Of a stretch of DNA of 64,000 nt, positions 1 to 9,538 are shown one piece after another. Each line of letters starts with the position of its first letter. Position 1 is the first letter of the stretch. The notes below the pieces were generated by a model. That model was not told the origin of the DNA and made no database searches. It saw only the letters and a program-made list of their open reading frames with translations. The stretch lies in assembly GCA_963662655.2 (NCBI GenBank), contig CAXXTU010000002.1:288001-352000 (forward strand), given 5' to 3'. This DNA is from Candidatus Cloacimonadales bacterium (GTDB lineage: Bacteria > Cloacimonadota > Cloacimonadia > Cloacimonadales > JAIOQZ01). Made by a program: the position numbers and the translations under genes.

Positions 1-486
1 GTTGGGGATGCAGTGGGGGACGATCGCGTTACCGCGAGTCACGTGGAAAACGTTCTCCGCTTCTTCGGCAGATGCCGCGCCGATATCGATGAACAGGGCG
101 TCCATGTCAACGGAGGCGGATTCGCCTTTCTTCAGGTAATGCTTCGGTATCGAGCCGAAGACGCCGTAGACTTTCTCGCCCTTGTTGTTGATGATCTCCA
201 CCGACTGTGACATCAGGGTTCCCGGATCCCATCCGCCGATGGGCTGGACTTTGATCAATCCCTTTTCCGTGATATCGAACACGATGAACCCGACCTCGTC
301 CATGTGCCCGACGAATAGTAGTTTCGGGTCGTCGGAGGATCCCTTGTGCTCAAATACGATGGAACCGAGACGGTCGCGCTTGTAATTGTCTGCCAGTTCA
401 CGAATCATGATCTCGCGTACCGGTTTTTCAAATCCGGAGATGGCAGGCGTATCGCATAGTTCTTGAAGAAGTTGCAGTTTTGTCAT
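1..486 (-). CDS. M42 family metallopeptidase, N-terminal part (runs off left edge)
   Basis: Manual translation MTKLQLLQELCDTPAISGFEKPVR...DRLGS...GHMDEVGF...PIGGW...FIDIGA shows M42 motifs. Confidence 0.9.
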   Translation of the reverse strand, partial: MTKLQLLQELCDTPAISGFEKPVREIMIRELADNYKRDRLGSIVFEHKGSSDDPKLLFVGHMDEVGFIVFDITEKGLIKVQPIGGWDPGTLMSQSVEIINNKGEKVYGVFGSIPKHYLKKGESASVDMDALFIDIGAASAEEAENVFHVTRGNAIVPHCIPN

Positions 487-908
487 ACGTTACCCCTTTC
501 GTTTACTGCAAAATTCGGGAGCGCCGAGGAAATGTCAAGCGGAAAACAACCGTAAAAAGGATATTAAGAAATCAAAAAACCCGCGTGCTTTCTGCCAGCG
601 GATTTCCGGCGTTTCCCCGTGACCGGCGATTGTGCGGCGAGCGGCAACAAGCGTAGCGGCCCTATTCGTCTCGCAGGAATTGGAACCCAGGGATTGGTGA
701 TTATACTCACCGAATTCAGGATAATGCTTTCAGAATATCCTGGATTCTGGGCTCGATTAACTACGCGTCGCAATTTTTGTGTTGACATCGTTTTCATTGT
801 GTTGTAGTTTATCTACAGCATGGACGCATGCTGTCTTTTCTTGCACTCCTTCATAACAATCCGAGTCGAACCGCAAGTGTATTCAATTAACCACGAAGGA
901 GATGCAAG

Positions 909-1256
909 ATGATCAGCATTAGTGAAACCGCACGGTTGACGGCAGGTTTATCAACGGCAATCGGGGAGGCGCAGGCTTCTCAGATGGGGCTCGATAAAAC
1001 CTCAGCACAGGGTCTGGCGATTACCAACTTGATGGACTCATCCAATGGAAGCGCTTACAATGTGAGCATTGGGGACGGTCCGCAGTATCAAACCTACAAC
1101 TCGAAAGGACAGCTCGGGGCGGATATCGTGAATTCCACGTTGAACACGATGAATTCCGGACAGTATCAGCATCGTAACCGGATAAGTGGAGCTAACGCGC
1201 AACGAGCCAGCTATCATTTCAATAGGGATGTGCTCGGCTCTGCGTACGGTGGATAA
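909..1256 (+). CDS. hypothetical protein, 115 aa
   Basis: GAAGGAG RBS and an upstream TTGACA at 782. Confidence 0.75.
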   Translation: MISISETARLTAGLSTAIGEAQASQMGLDKTSAQGLAITNLMDSSNGSAYNVSIGDGPQYQTYNSKGQLGADIVNSTLNTMNSGQYQHRNRISGANAQRASYHFNRDVLGSAYGG

Positions 1257-1257
1257 A

Positions 1258-1452
1258 TCAGGAGGAGAGGATCGAAATCAGTAACAGAACGATGAATACG
1301 GGAAGAAGCATGAGATTCATTACGCAACCGGACTTGTTGTGCGTACGGTAGTCGCGATCGCGCAGCCTGTCCAGGCGACGGCGCATCTCGTAAAACTCTT
1401 CGCGTTCATCGCGATCTGAATGCTCTTCTGTGTGATCTCTTTCTTCTTCCAC
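1258..1452 (-). CDS. small hypothetical membrane-anchored protein
   Basis: Charged N-terminus, hydrophobic C-terminus, directly downstream of the DUF6165-like gene. Confidence 0.55.
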   Translation of the reverse strand: MEEERDHTEEHSDRDEREEFYEMRRRLDRLRDRDYRTHNKSGCVMNLMLLPVFIVLLLISILSS

Positions 1453-1463
1453 TTTAGGTACCG

Positions 1464-1853
1464 TTATTTTGATTGATAATCGGTGTATTGCTTTTCTTCG
1501 ATCAGCTCAGAGCCAAAGGCGAGGTTGATTTCCCGCTTGATCTCTGCGCGAACATCGTTACTGAAATAAACGCTACGGGCGAGTTCGATGAAAACTTCGT
1601 CGAATTCCCCGTCTTTTTCTTTGATGCGAATCCTGTCTTCGATATCCCAAAGCTTGAGATTGATTTCTTTCAGGCGATTGTAGTAGTCGGAATTTACATC
1701 GATGCCCAATTCGTTCATCGGCACGGCAAGAATGTCGTGCTCTCTTTTCACGTTTTTCTTCTTGTCGTCGTTCGTGAACTTCTCCAGCTTGATTGCAAGA
1801 ATCGTTACTTTGTCCACGAGTTCACCAATTGATACATCGATCTTCATTCCCAT
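1464..1853 (-). CDS. DUF6165-like protein
   Basis: SIGELVDKVTIL...LWDIEDRIR...ARSVY..ND.R...EEK.Y pattern. Start moved to the ATG after a GAGG RBS. Confidence 0.8.
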   Translation of the reverse strand: MGMKIDVSIGELVDKVTILAIKLEKFTNDDKKKNVKREHDILAVPMNELGIDVNSDYYNRLKEINLKLWDIEDRIRIKEKDGEFDEVFIELARSVYFSNDVRAEIKREINLAFGSELIEEKQYTDYQSK

Positions 1854-2038
1854 TACAACCTCAATAATAAAATTTGGGAACCATAACGTCAAACGAAAAA
1901 TATCTGTCAAGATTGGAATGTCGTTTCGTCGGAGGCCGTATTGTAATTGACTGCATAGCAGTATGATGGTTTTGTTGTGAATTTTCGTTCAGTTTTTGAG
2001 GCGGGAAAGGCAATCCTTGGAGAAAGGGAGCCCTCTGT

Positions 2039-2065
2039 TAAGCACTCTGTTGGGGCGAGTGCTAA
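2039..2065 (+). promoter_or_regulatory. CIRCE-like HrcA operator
   Basis: TAAGCACTC-N9-GAGTGCTAA, 1 mismatch to TTAGCACTC-N9-GAGTGCTAA, upstream of htpG. Confidence 0.85.
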
Positions 2066-2072
2066 TTTTTGA

Positions 2073-2101
2073 TTGACAACTTCCCGGCGGTTTCGTATTT
2101 T
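2073..2101 (+). promoter_or_regulatory. sigma70-type promoter of htpG
   Basis: TTGACA-17 bp-TATTTT. Confidence 0.6.
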
Positions 2102-2126
2102 ATCGCAAAAAAAGTGAGGTGAGCTT

Positions 2127-4013
2127 ATGGCTGAAGAAAAGAAAACGGCAGAACAAGAGAAAGGTCAAGAAACCGAGCTCAAGAAAGGCTCTCTGAAAAT
2201 ACATAGTGAAAACATCTTTCCGATCATCAAGAAATGGCTCTATTCCGAGCACGATATCTTCATCCGCGAATTGATCTCCAATTCCGTTGATGCCATGAAT
2301 AAAAGAAAGGTACTTCAACCGGATCTGGACGAAAAGGAACTTCGCATCGAGGTGAAGATCGATAAAGCCGCTCGCAGGATCGATGTGATCGACTACGGCA
2401 TCGGCATGGACGCGACGGAAGTGAAGAAGTACATCAACCAGATCGCGTTCTCGGGGGCCGAGGAGTTCATCGAGAAATTCAAGGACAAGCAATCGAATAT
2501 CATCGGCCATTTCGGGCTGGGCTTCTATTCGTCGTTCATGGTGGCGGAAAAAGTTACCATCGACACGCTCTCGTACAAGCCGAAAAGCAAGCCGGCTTTC
2601 TGGGAGTGCGACGGCTCGACCGATTACGCGATGGGGGCCGGCGCTAGGACGGAAGTAGGAACGACCGTTTCCATCCATGTGTCCAAAGACAACGACCAGT
2701 ACCTGGAGGAGAGCAAGCTTCAGGAGATCATCGAGCGTTTCTGCAACTTCATGCCCTTCCCGATCAAGCTGGGTGATACGGACATCAATCTCCAGGAGGC
2801 CCTGTGGTTGCGTCCGCCAAGCGAGGTCAAGGAAGAGGAATACAAGGAATTCTATAAGAAAATGTTCCACGAGTGGGACGATCCGTTATTCTGGATCCAC
2901 CTCAACGCGGATTACCCCTTCAACCTGAAGGGAATCCTGTTCTTCCCGAAGATCCGCAACGATCTGGATATCAATCGCGGCCAGGTGAAACTTTACTGCA
3001 ACAACGTGTTTGTGGCGGACAACCTGAAGGAGTTCATCCCGGAGTTTCTGCTGCTTCTCCGCGGTGGAATCGACGTGCCGGATATCCCTTTAAATGTTTC
3101 CCGCAGCTTCTTGCAGCAGGATCAGCAGGTGAAGAAGATTTCCAAGTACATCGTGAAGAAGGTAGCTGATCATTTCAAGGCGCTGTTCAAGGAAGACCGC
3201 AAGAAATACGAAGAGCTCTGGAACGACATGAACCATTTCGTAAAGGTCGGGATGCTGACAAACGAAGACTTCTTCGAGCAGTTGAAGGATCTGGTTGTCT
3301 ACAAAACTTCGGACGATCGCTGGGTGACGCTGGAGGAATACAAGGAGAAAAACCAGACCGACATTAACTTCGTCAAGGCAGGTATTGATGAGACAGACGA
3401 GCGGAAGAGCTATCGTTACTTCTACTCACCGGGCGAAAACTCGCAGGTCACCTACCTCAAGATGATGAAAGAGATGGGCGTCGAGGTGATCTTCACCGAT
3501 TCTCCTCTGGACACGCACCTCTTCCAGCGCTTCGAGATGAGCATGCCGTTTACGGGTTTTGCGCGAATCGATTCGGAATTGCTGGATGACGTGGTCGATT
3601 CAGGAAAAGCCGAGGTTGTCGACGCAAACAACAAGACAGAGGCCGAACGGGTGAAAGACGTGTTTGACAAGGCTTTGGATAACAAACAGATCACCGTGGA
3701 AGCCAAGCGACTGAAGTCCGAAGAAATCGCTTCGCTGGTCGTATTGAACGAACATGTACGCCGCTTCCAGGAAATGAGCATGATGATGCCCGGTGCAAAA
3801 GGCGATCTGCTTGCGAATCATACGCTTGTGGTGAACATCGAGAATCCGACGGTGAAGAAGATCATCAAGCTGGAAGGACTGGGCAAGGAAGAAGACGTAA
3901 AATTTTTATGTAAGTATTTACATCAGCTTGCGTTGATAGAACAGAAGCGATTTGACGGCGACGAGCTGAGGAGCTTCCTTGATAACGCCAATAAGGTTCT
4001 GCGTATGCTCTGA
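2127..4013 (+). CDS. htpG: molecular chaperone HtpG (Hsp90)
   Basis: LYSEHDIFIRELISN, IGHFGLGFYS, PLNVSRS motifs. Confidence 0.97.
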   Translation: MAEEKKTAEQEKGQETELKKGSLKIHSENIFPIIKKWLYSEHDIFIRELISNSVDAMNKRKVLQPDLDEKELRIEVKIDKAARRIDVIDYGIGMDATEVKKYINQIAFSGAEEFIEKFKDKQSNIIGHFGLGFYSSFMVAEKVTIDTLSYKPKSKPAFWECDGSTDYAMGAGARTEVGTTVSIHVSKDNDQYLEESKLQEIIERFCNFMPFPIKLGDTDINLQEALWLRPPSEVKEEEYKEFYKKMFHEWDDPLFWIHLNADYPFNLKGILFFPKIRNDLDINRGQVKLYCNNVFVADNLKEFIPEFLLLLRGGIDVPDIPLNVSRSFLQQDQQVKKISKYIVKKVADHFKALFKEDRKKYEELWNDMNHFVKVGMLTNEDFFEQLKDLVVYKTSDDRWVTLEEYKEKNQTDINFVKAGIDETDERKSYRYFYSPGENSQVTYLKMMKEMGVEVIFTDSPLDTHLFQRFEMSMPFTGFARIDSELLDDVVDSGKAEVVDANNKTEAERVKDVFDKALDNKQITVEAKRLKSEEIASLVVLNEHVRRFQEMSMMMPGAKGDLLANHTLVVNIENPTVKKIIKLEGLGKEEDVKFLCKYLHQLALIEQKRFDGDELRSFLDNANKVLRML

Positions 4014-4059
4014 GCGATCTGAATTGATCGCCAGTCGTAGAATCTCAGAAAAAATTATC

Positions 4060-4097
4060 AAAAAACAATTGCTTCTTTCGGGGAGCAATTGTTTTTT
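4060..4097. terminator. bidirectional intrinsic terminator
   Basis: AAAAAACAATTGCTTC-TTTCG-GGAGCAATTGTTTTTT hairpin after htpG. Confidence 0.8.
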
Positions 4098-4125
4098 GAT
4101 TACAAATGATATCTATGGAGGAAGT

Positions 4126-4614
4126 ATGCGCAGGATATCCCTTTTATGTTTCCTTGTACTATTCTTTGCTGTCGCAATGAGTGCACAGGAGGGTCAAGAT
4201 CAGAATCAAGGCCAGAATGTTTCGGCACCAAGAGGTACACCATATTCAATTGTTGCTTATATTTTTCACGAAGATGGAGAAACGCCACATAAAACAATTT
4301 CTGTGAAATTCAAGGACGAAGAAGTGCTTGCACCGGGTCAGGGTCCATACTATCTGAATTGGGAAGGTGAAGAAGATACGGCCCTGGGTTCACGTTATCT
4401 ACCAGAGTATGGATACCTTCAGATTCAATTGGGCGTGTTAACGTACAAAGCCCCAGGACATCACATCCATGTCTGGTTGATCGGTGACGATGGGACAGAA
4501 TATGAAACTGTGGTTGAAATGGATGATAAGGATTTTATTCGCATCGATGATATCATGATCGGGAAGAAGCCATACAAGATCAAGGACAATCCAACACAAA
4601 AATACGGGGAGTAG
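4126..4614 (+). CDS. secreted hypothetical protein
   Basis: GGAGG RBS, signal peptide MRRISLLCFLVLFFAVAMSA. Confidence 0.8.
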   Translation: MRRISLLCFLVLFFAVAMSAQEGQDQNQGQNVSAPRGTPYSIVAYIFHEDGETPHKTISVKFKDEEVLAPGQGPYYLNWEGEEDTALGSRYLPEYGYLQIQLGVLTYKAPGHHIHVWLIGDDGTEYETVVEMDDKDFIRIDDIMIGKKPYKIKDNPTQKYGE

Positions 4615-4780
4615 GCTCGCTGGAGAATCCGCTTACGTTAATGATCAATAATGTTTGTGCGGATATCAATATTTTGTTTTTATGGTAACGCCAGATAAAA
4701 CAAAATCATTGACACACTTGATGAACCTCAAATCTTTGCATCGAACCAAATGGTTCGCTCTTCATAAAAGGAGGTTCTAA

Positions 4781-6028
4781 ATGGCGAAAATACGTCCATT
4801 CCGAGGTTTGAGACCCACACCAGATAAGGTGAAAGAAGTAGCTTCTCTACCCTATGATGTGATCAACTCTGCTGAAGCGAGAGAGATGGCGAAGGGAAAA
4901 CCTCACACATTTCTTCACGTTGTAAAACCCGAGATTGACCTTCCGGAAGATGTCGACCTTTATGATGATAAAGTATATGCAAAAGGTAAAGAGAATCTCC
5001 AGAAGCTGATCGCGGACGGCGTATTGATTCAAGACGACAAGCCTTCTCTGTACCTCTACCAGCAGGGAATGGGATATCACAAACAGATCGGCCTGGTTGC
5101 TTGCGCTTCCGTGGAAGACTACGAAAACGATGTGATCAAGAAACACGAATTCACCAGGGCCGACAAGGAAGCCGACCGTATTCGCCACGTTGATACGCAA
5201 AACGCGAATGCCGGCCCGATCTTCCTTACCTATCGTGCAAACGCCGAGATGGACAAACTCGTTAAAGATTTTGTGGAAAAGAACGATCCGATATACGACT
5301 TCGTAGCTGAAGACGGTATCTGGCACACGCTCTGGAAAATCGAAGACTCATCTATGATCGCCTGGATCGAGAAGTTCTTTGCAGGAACCGAAAGCTTGTA
5401 TGTTGCCGACGGTCATCACCGTTCAGCTTCTGCAGCCAAAGTCGGAGCGAAACGCCGTGAAGCCAATCCAAACCACACAGGCGAAGAAGAATACAACTTC
5501 TTCCTTTCGGTGATCTTCCCGCACGACCAATTATACATTATGGACTACAACCGCATCGTGAAAGACCTCAACGGCAATACCCAGGAACAATTCATCGGCA
5601 AGGTCAAAGAGAACTTCGATATCGAGCCGATCGAAGGTTCCGGCGGTTTCAGTCCCGAAAACCTTCACGAGTACGGTATGTACATGAACAGGAAATGGTA
5701 CAAGATTACCGCGAAAAAGGGTTCTTTCGACGCGAAGGATCCCGTCGGTTCTCTCGACGTTTCGATCCTGCAGAACAATCTGCTTTCCCCGATCCTCGGA
5801 ATCGAAGATCCTCGCAAGGACAAGCGGATCGATTTTGTTGGCGGAATCCGCGGTCTGGAAGAGCTTCGTAAACGTGTGGACGCCGGCGAAGCGGTAGCTT
5901 TTGCGATGTATCCGACAACGATCGAACAGCTTATGGCGATCGCGGACACGGGCAACGTCATGCCTCCGAAATCGACCTGGTTCGAGCCGAAGCTTCGCTC
6001 GGGCATCGTTGTTCATCTGCTCGATTAA
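4781..6028 (+). CDS. DUF1015 family protein
   Basis: MAKIRPFRG, PYDV, YVADGHHR, MPPKSTWFEPKLRSG motifs. Confidence 0.92.
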   Translation: MAKIRPFRGLRPTPDKVKEVASLPYDVINSAEAREMAKGKPHTFLHVVKPEIDLPEDVDLYDDKVYAKGKENLQKLIADGVLIQDDKPSLYLYQQGMGYHKQIGLVACASVEDYENDVIKKHEFTRADKEADRIRHVDTQNANAGPIFLTYRANAEMDKLVKDFVEKNDPIYDFVAEDGIWHTLWKIEDSSMIAWIEKFFAGTESLYVADGHHRSASAAKVGAKRREANPNHTGEEEYNFFLSVIFPHDQLYIMDYNRIVKDLNGNTQEQFIGKVKENFDIEPIEGSGGFSPENLHEYGMYMNRKWYKITAKKGSFDAKDPVGSLDVSILQNNLLSPILGIEDPRKDKRIDFVGGIRGLEELRKRVDAGEAVAFAMYPTTIEQLMAIADTGNVMPPKSTWFEPKLRSGIVVHLLD

Positions 6029-6052
6029 TAAAAAATAGCTTGATAAATCAAG

Positions 6053-6085
6053 AGTCTCCTGTCGGATTGGCGGGAGACTTTTTTT
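6053..6085 (+). terminator. intrinsic terminator
   Basis: AGTCTCC...GGAGACT stem followed by a T run. Confidence 0.75.
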
Positions 6086-6096
6086 GTGAGGAACGC

Positions 6097-7191
6097 TTGA
6101 ATATTCTTTTTTTTAATGCTAAGAAGGGATGGGGCGGTGTAACAAGCTGGATGGTGAAAACTACCCGACGCTTGAACGAACGCGGCCACAGGGTATCCAT
6201 CATCAGTCGCGGAGAATCACTTTTCACGAAGAAAGTGCCTTCCGATATCAATTATATTCCGATCAAGATAGGGATGGATTTCAATCCGCTTCTGATCGCG
6301 AAGCTGGTGCGGTACATCAGGAAGAACCGGATCGATGTCGTAATCACGAATACCCAGAAAGAGGTCTATGCGGCGGGAACAGCGGCGCGAATATGCGGAG
6401 TGCCGGTTTTGCGCAGACTAGGGACGGACCTTGATCTCGATTCCAGCTTCAAATCGCGTTTGTGTCAGAAATTCACAACCCATTACGTGATCCCCTGTCG
6501 CGACATTTACGTGAAGGTGGCGAAGAAGCAGTCAACGGCGAGGGAGATGGATTTTACGGTTGTCTACAACGGGCGGGATCCCGAGAATATTGGCGACGGA
6601 ACCATCCGGGAATTGCGCAAGAAATGGAACATCCCCTACGAAGCTTTTGTTATTGGCGTTACTTCGAAGCTGTCCAGAACAAAACGGGTCAATCTCATTA
6701 TCGATGTATTCTCGATGCTCAAAGATTCGTATCCGAATTTGTATCTGGTGATTGCTGGATCGGGAGAAGCCTCTCAGGATTTGATGGATCAGGTTGCCAG
6801 GCTGAATCTGAAAGACCGTGTGCGGTTCACCGGATTCACGGAAGAGACGATGACGTACGATGCGAGCTACGATCTGGCAGTCTCGGCATCGGTTCTGGAA
6901 GGATTTCCCAATACCGTCGTCGAATACATGGCTTCTGGAACGGCGGTTGTCAGCACGGATGTGAACGGGGTGCCGGAATTGATCGAGCACGAAGTGAACG
7001 GTCTGCTGATTCCACCGGACGACTCCGGTGCGTTGTACGAAGCCGTCAAGCGGATGATCGACGACGATACACTGCGCAGAAGGCTCAGGGATCGAGCGCT
7101 GGATACGATTCTGGCCCGATTTACCGAGAAGAAGATGATTGACGACATGGAGTCGCTCCTTTCCAAGCTGGTGGAGCGGAATCGGTCCTGA
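6097..7191 (+). CDS. GT4 family glycosyltransferase
   Basis: EGFPNTVVEYMASG GT-B motif. TTG start after GAGGA. Confidence 0.9.
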   Translation: MNILFFNAKKGWGGVTSWMVKTTRRLNERGHRVSIISRGESLFTKKVPSDINYIPIKIGMDFNPLLIAKLVRYIRKNRIDVVITNTQKEVYAAGTAARICGVPVLRRLGTDLDLDSSFKSRLCQKFTTHYVIPCRDIYVKVAKKQSTAREMDFTVVYNGRDPENIGDGTIRELRKKWNIPYEAFVIGVTSKLSRTKRVNLIIDVFSMLKDSYPNLYLVIAGSGEASQDLMDQVARLNLKDRVRFTGFTEETMTYDASYDLAVSASVLEGFPNTVVEYMASGTAVVSTDVNGVPELIEHEVNGLLIPPDDSGALYEAVKRMIDDDTLRRRLRDRALDTILARFTEKKMIDDMESLLSKLVERNRS

Positions 7192-7286
7192 TCGTGCAAT
7201 TACTGCTTTATGCAAAAGTAACGCTTTTTAATTGACAGGTTTTCGTTGATATGGGGTTCATTGGGAATCAATGTTCTGGAGCGATT

Positions 7287-8186
7287 ATGAAGAACAAATT
7301 GAAGCGCTATCTCCTCGTCGATTACTACTTCATCGGGTACTTGCTGGCGGTATCGATCTTGCTGGTGCTGTTCCGCCAGAACGATGCTGACTGGTACATC
7401 AACGCTTCCATATATTTCGTGACCGCCGTGCTACTCATTGTTACGCTTCCGTGGTGGGAAAACGACCCGGACGGGAATCGCCTGTTTTACCTTTTACGAA
7501 CCGCGTATCCGATGATATTGATCGTCGTGACCTTCAAGCAGATCGAGCAGAATATGTACATCGTGATTCCCGAGTACATCGATCCCTGGCTGGAAAGCAT
7601 CGACCGGCTCATCTTCGGCGGAGCGCTTCCGTCCGACCGGTTTGCTCAGATCATTCCCTATCGCTGGTTTGGCGAACTGATGTCGCTGTTTTACGCATCG
7701 TACTATTTCCAGGTGTTCGGACTGATCATCATGTCATTCATCCGGAGAGAGCGCTACGAACGGATCGTATCGAACATCATCTTTGCGTTTTACGTTTGCT
7801 ACCTGACCTACACGCTGGTGCCGGCTCTGGGTCCCAGCTACGCGTACGGGACGTTGCACAACAACCTTTTCGAGGGCTACGGCATCACGTGGCTTCTGCA
7901 GAACGTCATTTTCATGGGCGACTCCAACGGCGCGGCGTTCCCGAGTTCCCATTGCCTGATAAGCGTCTTGTGTACGATCATGGCGCTGAAATATTTCCCG
8001 AGGATCGGCCGGTGGTACATCCTGTTCTGCCTCGGGCTGGTCGTCTCTACCGTATATATCAAGCAGCACTACGTAATCGACTCACTACTGGGCGTGATGC
8101 TCTCACCTGTGCTTTATCTGGCGGGGGACAGGCTTTACGGTCAGTGGGCTGCCTGGAGAGGTCCGGTGGGCGTGTCAGGTGAGTGA
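7287..8186 (+). CDS. PAP2-superfamily membrane phosphatase/phosphotransferase
   Basis: Multiple TM segments, AFPSSH and STVYIKQHYVID motifs. Confidence 0.88.
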   Translation: MKNKLKRYLLVDYYFIGYLLAVSILLVLFRQNDADWYINASIYFVTAVLLIVTLPWWENDPDGNRLFYLLRTAYPMILIVVTFKQIEQNMYIVIPEYIDPWLESIDRLIFGGALPSDRFAQIIPYRWFGELMSLFYASYYFQVFGLIIMSFIRRERYERIVSNIIFAFYVCYLTYTLVPALGPSYAYGTLHNNLFEGYGITWLLQNVIFMGDSNGAAFPSSHCLISVLCTIMALKYFPRIGRWYILFCLGLVVSTVYIKQHYVIDSLLGVMLSPVLYLAGDRLYGQWAAWRGPVGVSGE

Positions 8187-8509
8187 TTGTCGAGATTCTT
8201 TTCATCGACGGCCGCGGCATCTTCGCCCGATCACCCCTCGAACGTGTATATAATACGGCTATCAGCGCAAGAGGAGCTTAATGACAGCGTGAATTCCCCG
8301 AGCGCTTCAAGCCGTATAACAACACGTTCTCTGGAGTGAAGCCGACGAATCTGCTCGCGACCTTGCAGCCGGGGAAATCAAATGAATTGCCGGAATTTTT
8401 TCAGTAATGGGCGATTCAACGCAATTTCGCATTCTCGCATGAATTTAAGATTGACAAAAAGTCCGATAAAGAAGGTCATGTATATAATAAGCACGATCAA
8501 AAACCGAGG

Positions 8510-9538
8510 ATGGAAGAAATGCCAAAGATCATGTTGGTAACGGGCGGTGCAGGGTTCATAGGCTCGAACTACATTCGTTATCTGCTCAAAAACGATACCG
8601 ACATGAAGATCATCAACTTCGATAAGCTGACCGCGGCAGGGAATCTTTCCAACCTATCCGGCTTGACGAACCATCCCAACTACTTTTTCGTACGCGGCGA
8701 CCTGACCGATCCGCGCCAGGTTGCAGACGTGTTCGATCGCTTCAATCCGGAAGTCGTCATGCATTTTGCGGCGGAGATGTACACGGATCGTTACATCGTG
8801 AATCCCGATTCTTTCGTCCATACGAACATCGTGGGGACGCACAACCTGATTCTCCAGGCGTTGGCGCATTCTCCGCAGAAATGCATCTATTTCTCCACCG
8901 AAGAAGTCTACGGTGCGTCATCCGGTCATCATCGCTTCAAGGAAGACGAAGCCTTGAATCCGATCAACGCCTACTCCGCCAGCAAAGCCTCCGCTGAGAT
9001 GCTCTGGCACGCGGTGAGCGAAGACGACAACATGCCGGTCAACATTGTCCGGTGCACCAGCGCTTACGGGCCTTATCAATTTCCGGACAAGCTCATCGCG
9101 GCGGTGATCTGCGGGGTTTTGAAGGAACAGGACATACGGCTGATCTGCAACGCGATGACAACGCGCGATTACATCCACATCATCGATGTGTGTTCCGCGC
9201 TGGACGCCGTACTGGATAGCGAGGTGGTCGGAGAGACCTACAACATCGGGACGGAGTCGGAGATCGACACCGCAGTGCTGATCCGGAAAATCCTGAATAT
9301 GCTCGACGAGGACGAGCACCCCTTGACATATGCCAGAAAGCGTTCCTTCCTCCCTCAACGGTTCGCCATCGATACGTCGAAAATCCGTGAACAACTGAAA
9401 TGGAAGCCGCGCGTCCTCCTTGAGGACGGACTCCTCCAAACCATTGAATGGTACCGAAATCACAGTGAATGGATTCAAGACCTCGAATCCGGAAAATACA
9501 TGGAGTACTATGACCTTCTTTACAACCAGGAAACCTGA
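8510..9538 (+). CDS. dTDP-glucose 4,6-dehydratase-like SDR (RmlB-like, divergent active site)
   Basis: TGGAGFIGS and YSASK present, but STEEVYG where STDEVYG is usual. Confidence 0.85.
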   Translation: MEEMPKIMLVTGGAGFIGSNYIRYLLKNDTDMKIINFDKLTAAGNLSNLSGLTNHPNYFFVRGDLTDPRQVADVFDRFNPEVVMHFAAEMYTDRYIVNPDSFVHTNIVGTHNLILQALAHSPQKCIYFSTEEVYGASSGHHRFKEDEALNPINAYSASKASAEMLWHAVSEDDNMPVNIVRCTSAYGPYQFPDKLIAAVICGVLKEQDIRLICNAMTTRDYIHIIDVCSALDAVLDSEVVGETYNIGTESEIDTAVLIRKILNMLDEDEHPLTYARKRSFLPQRFAIDTSKIREQLKWKPRVLLEDGLLQTIEWYRNHSEWIQDLESGKYMEYYDLLYNQET

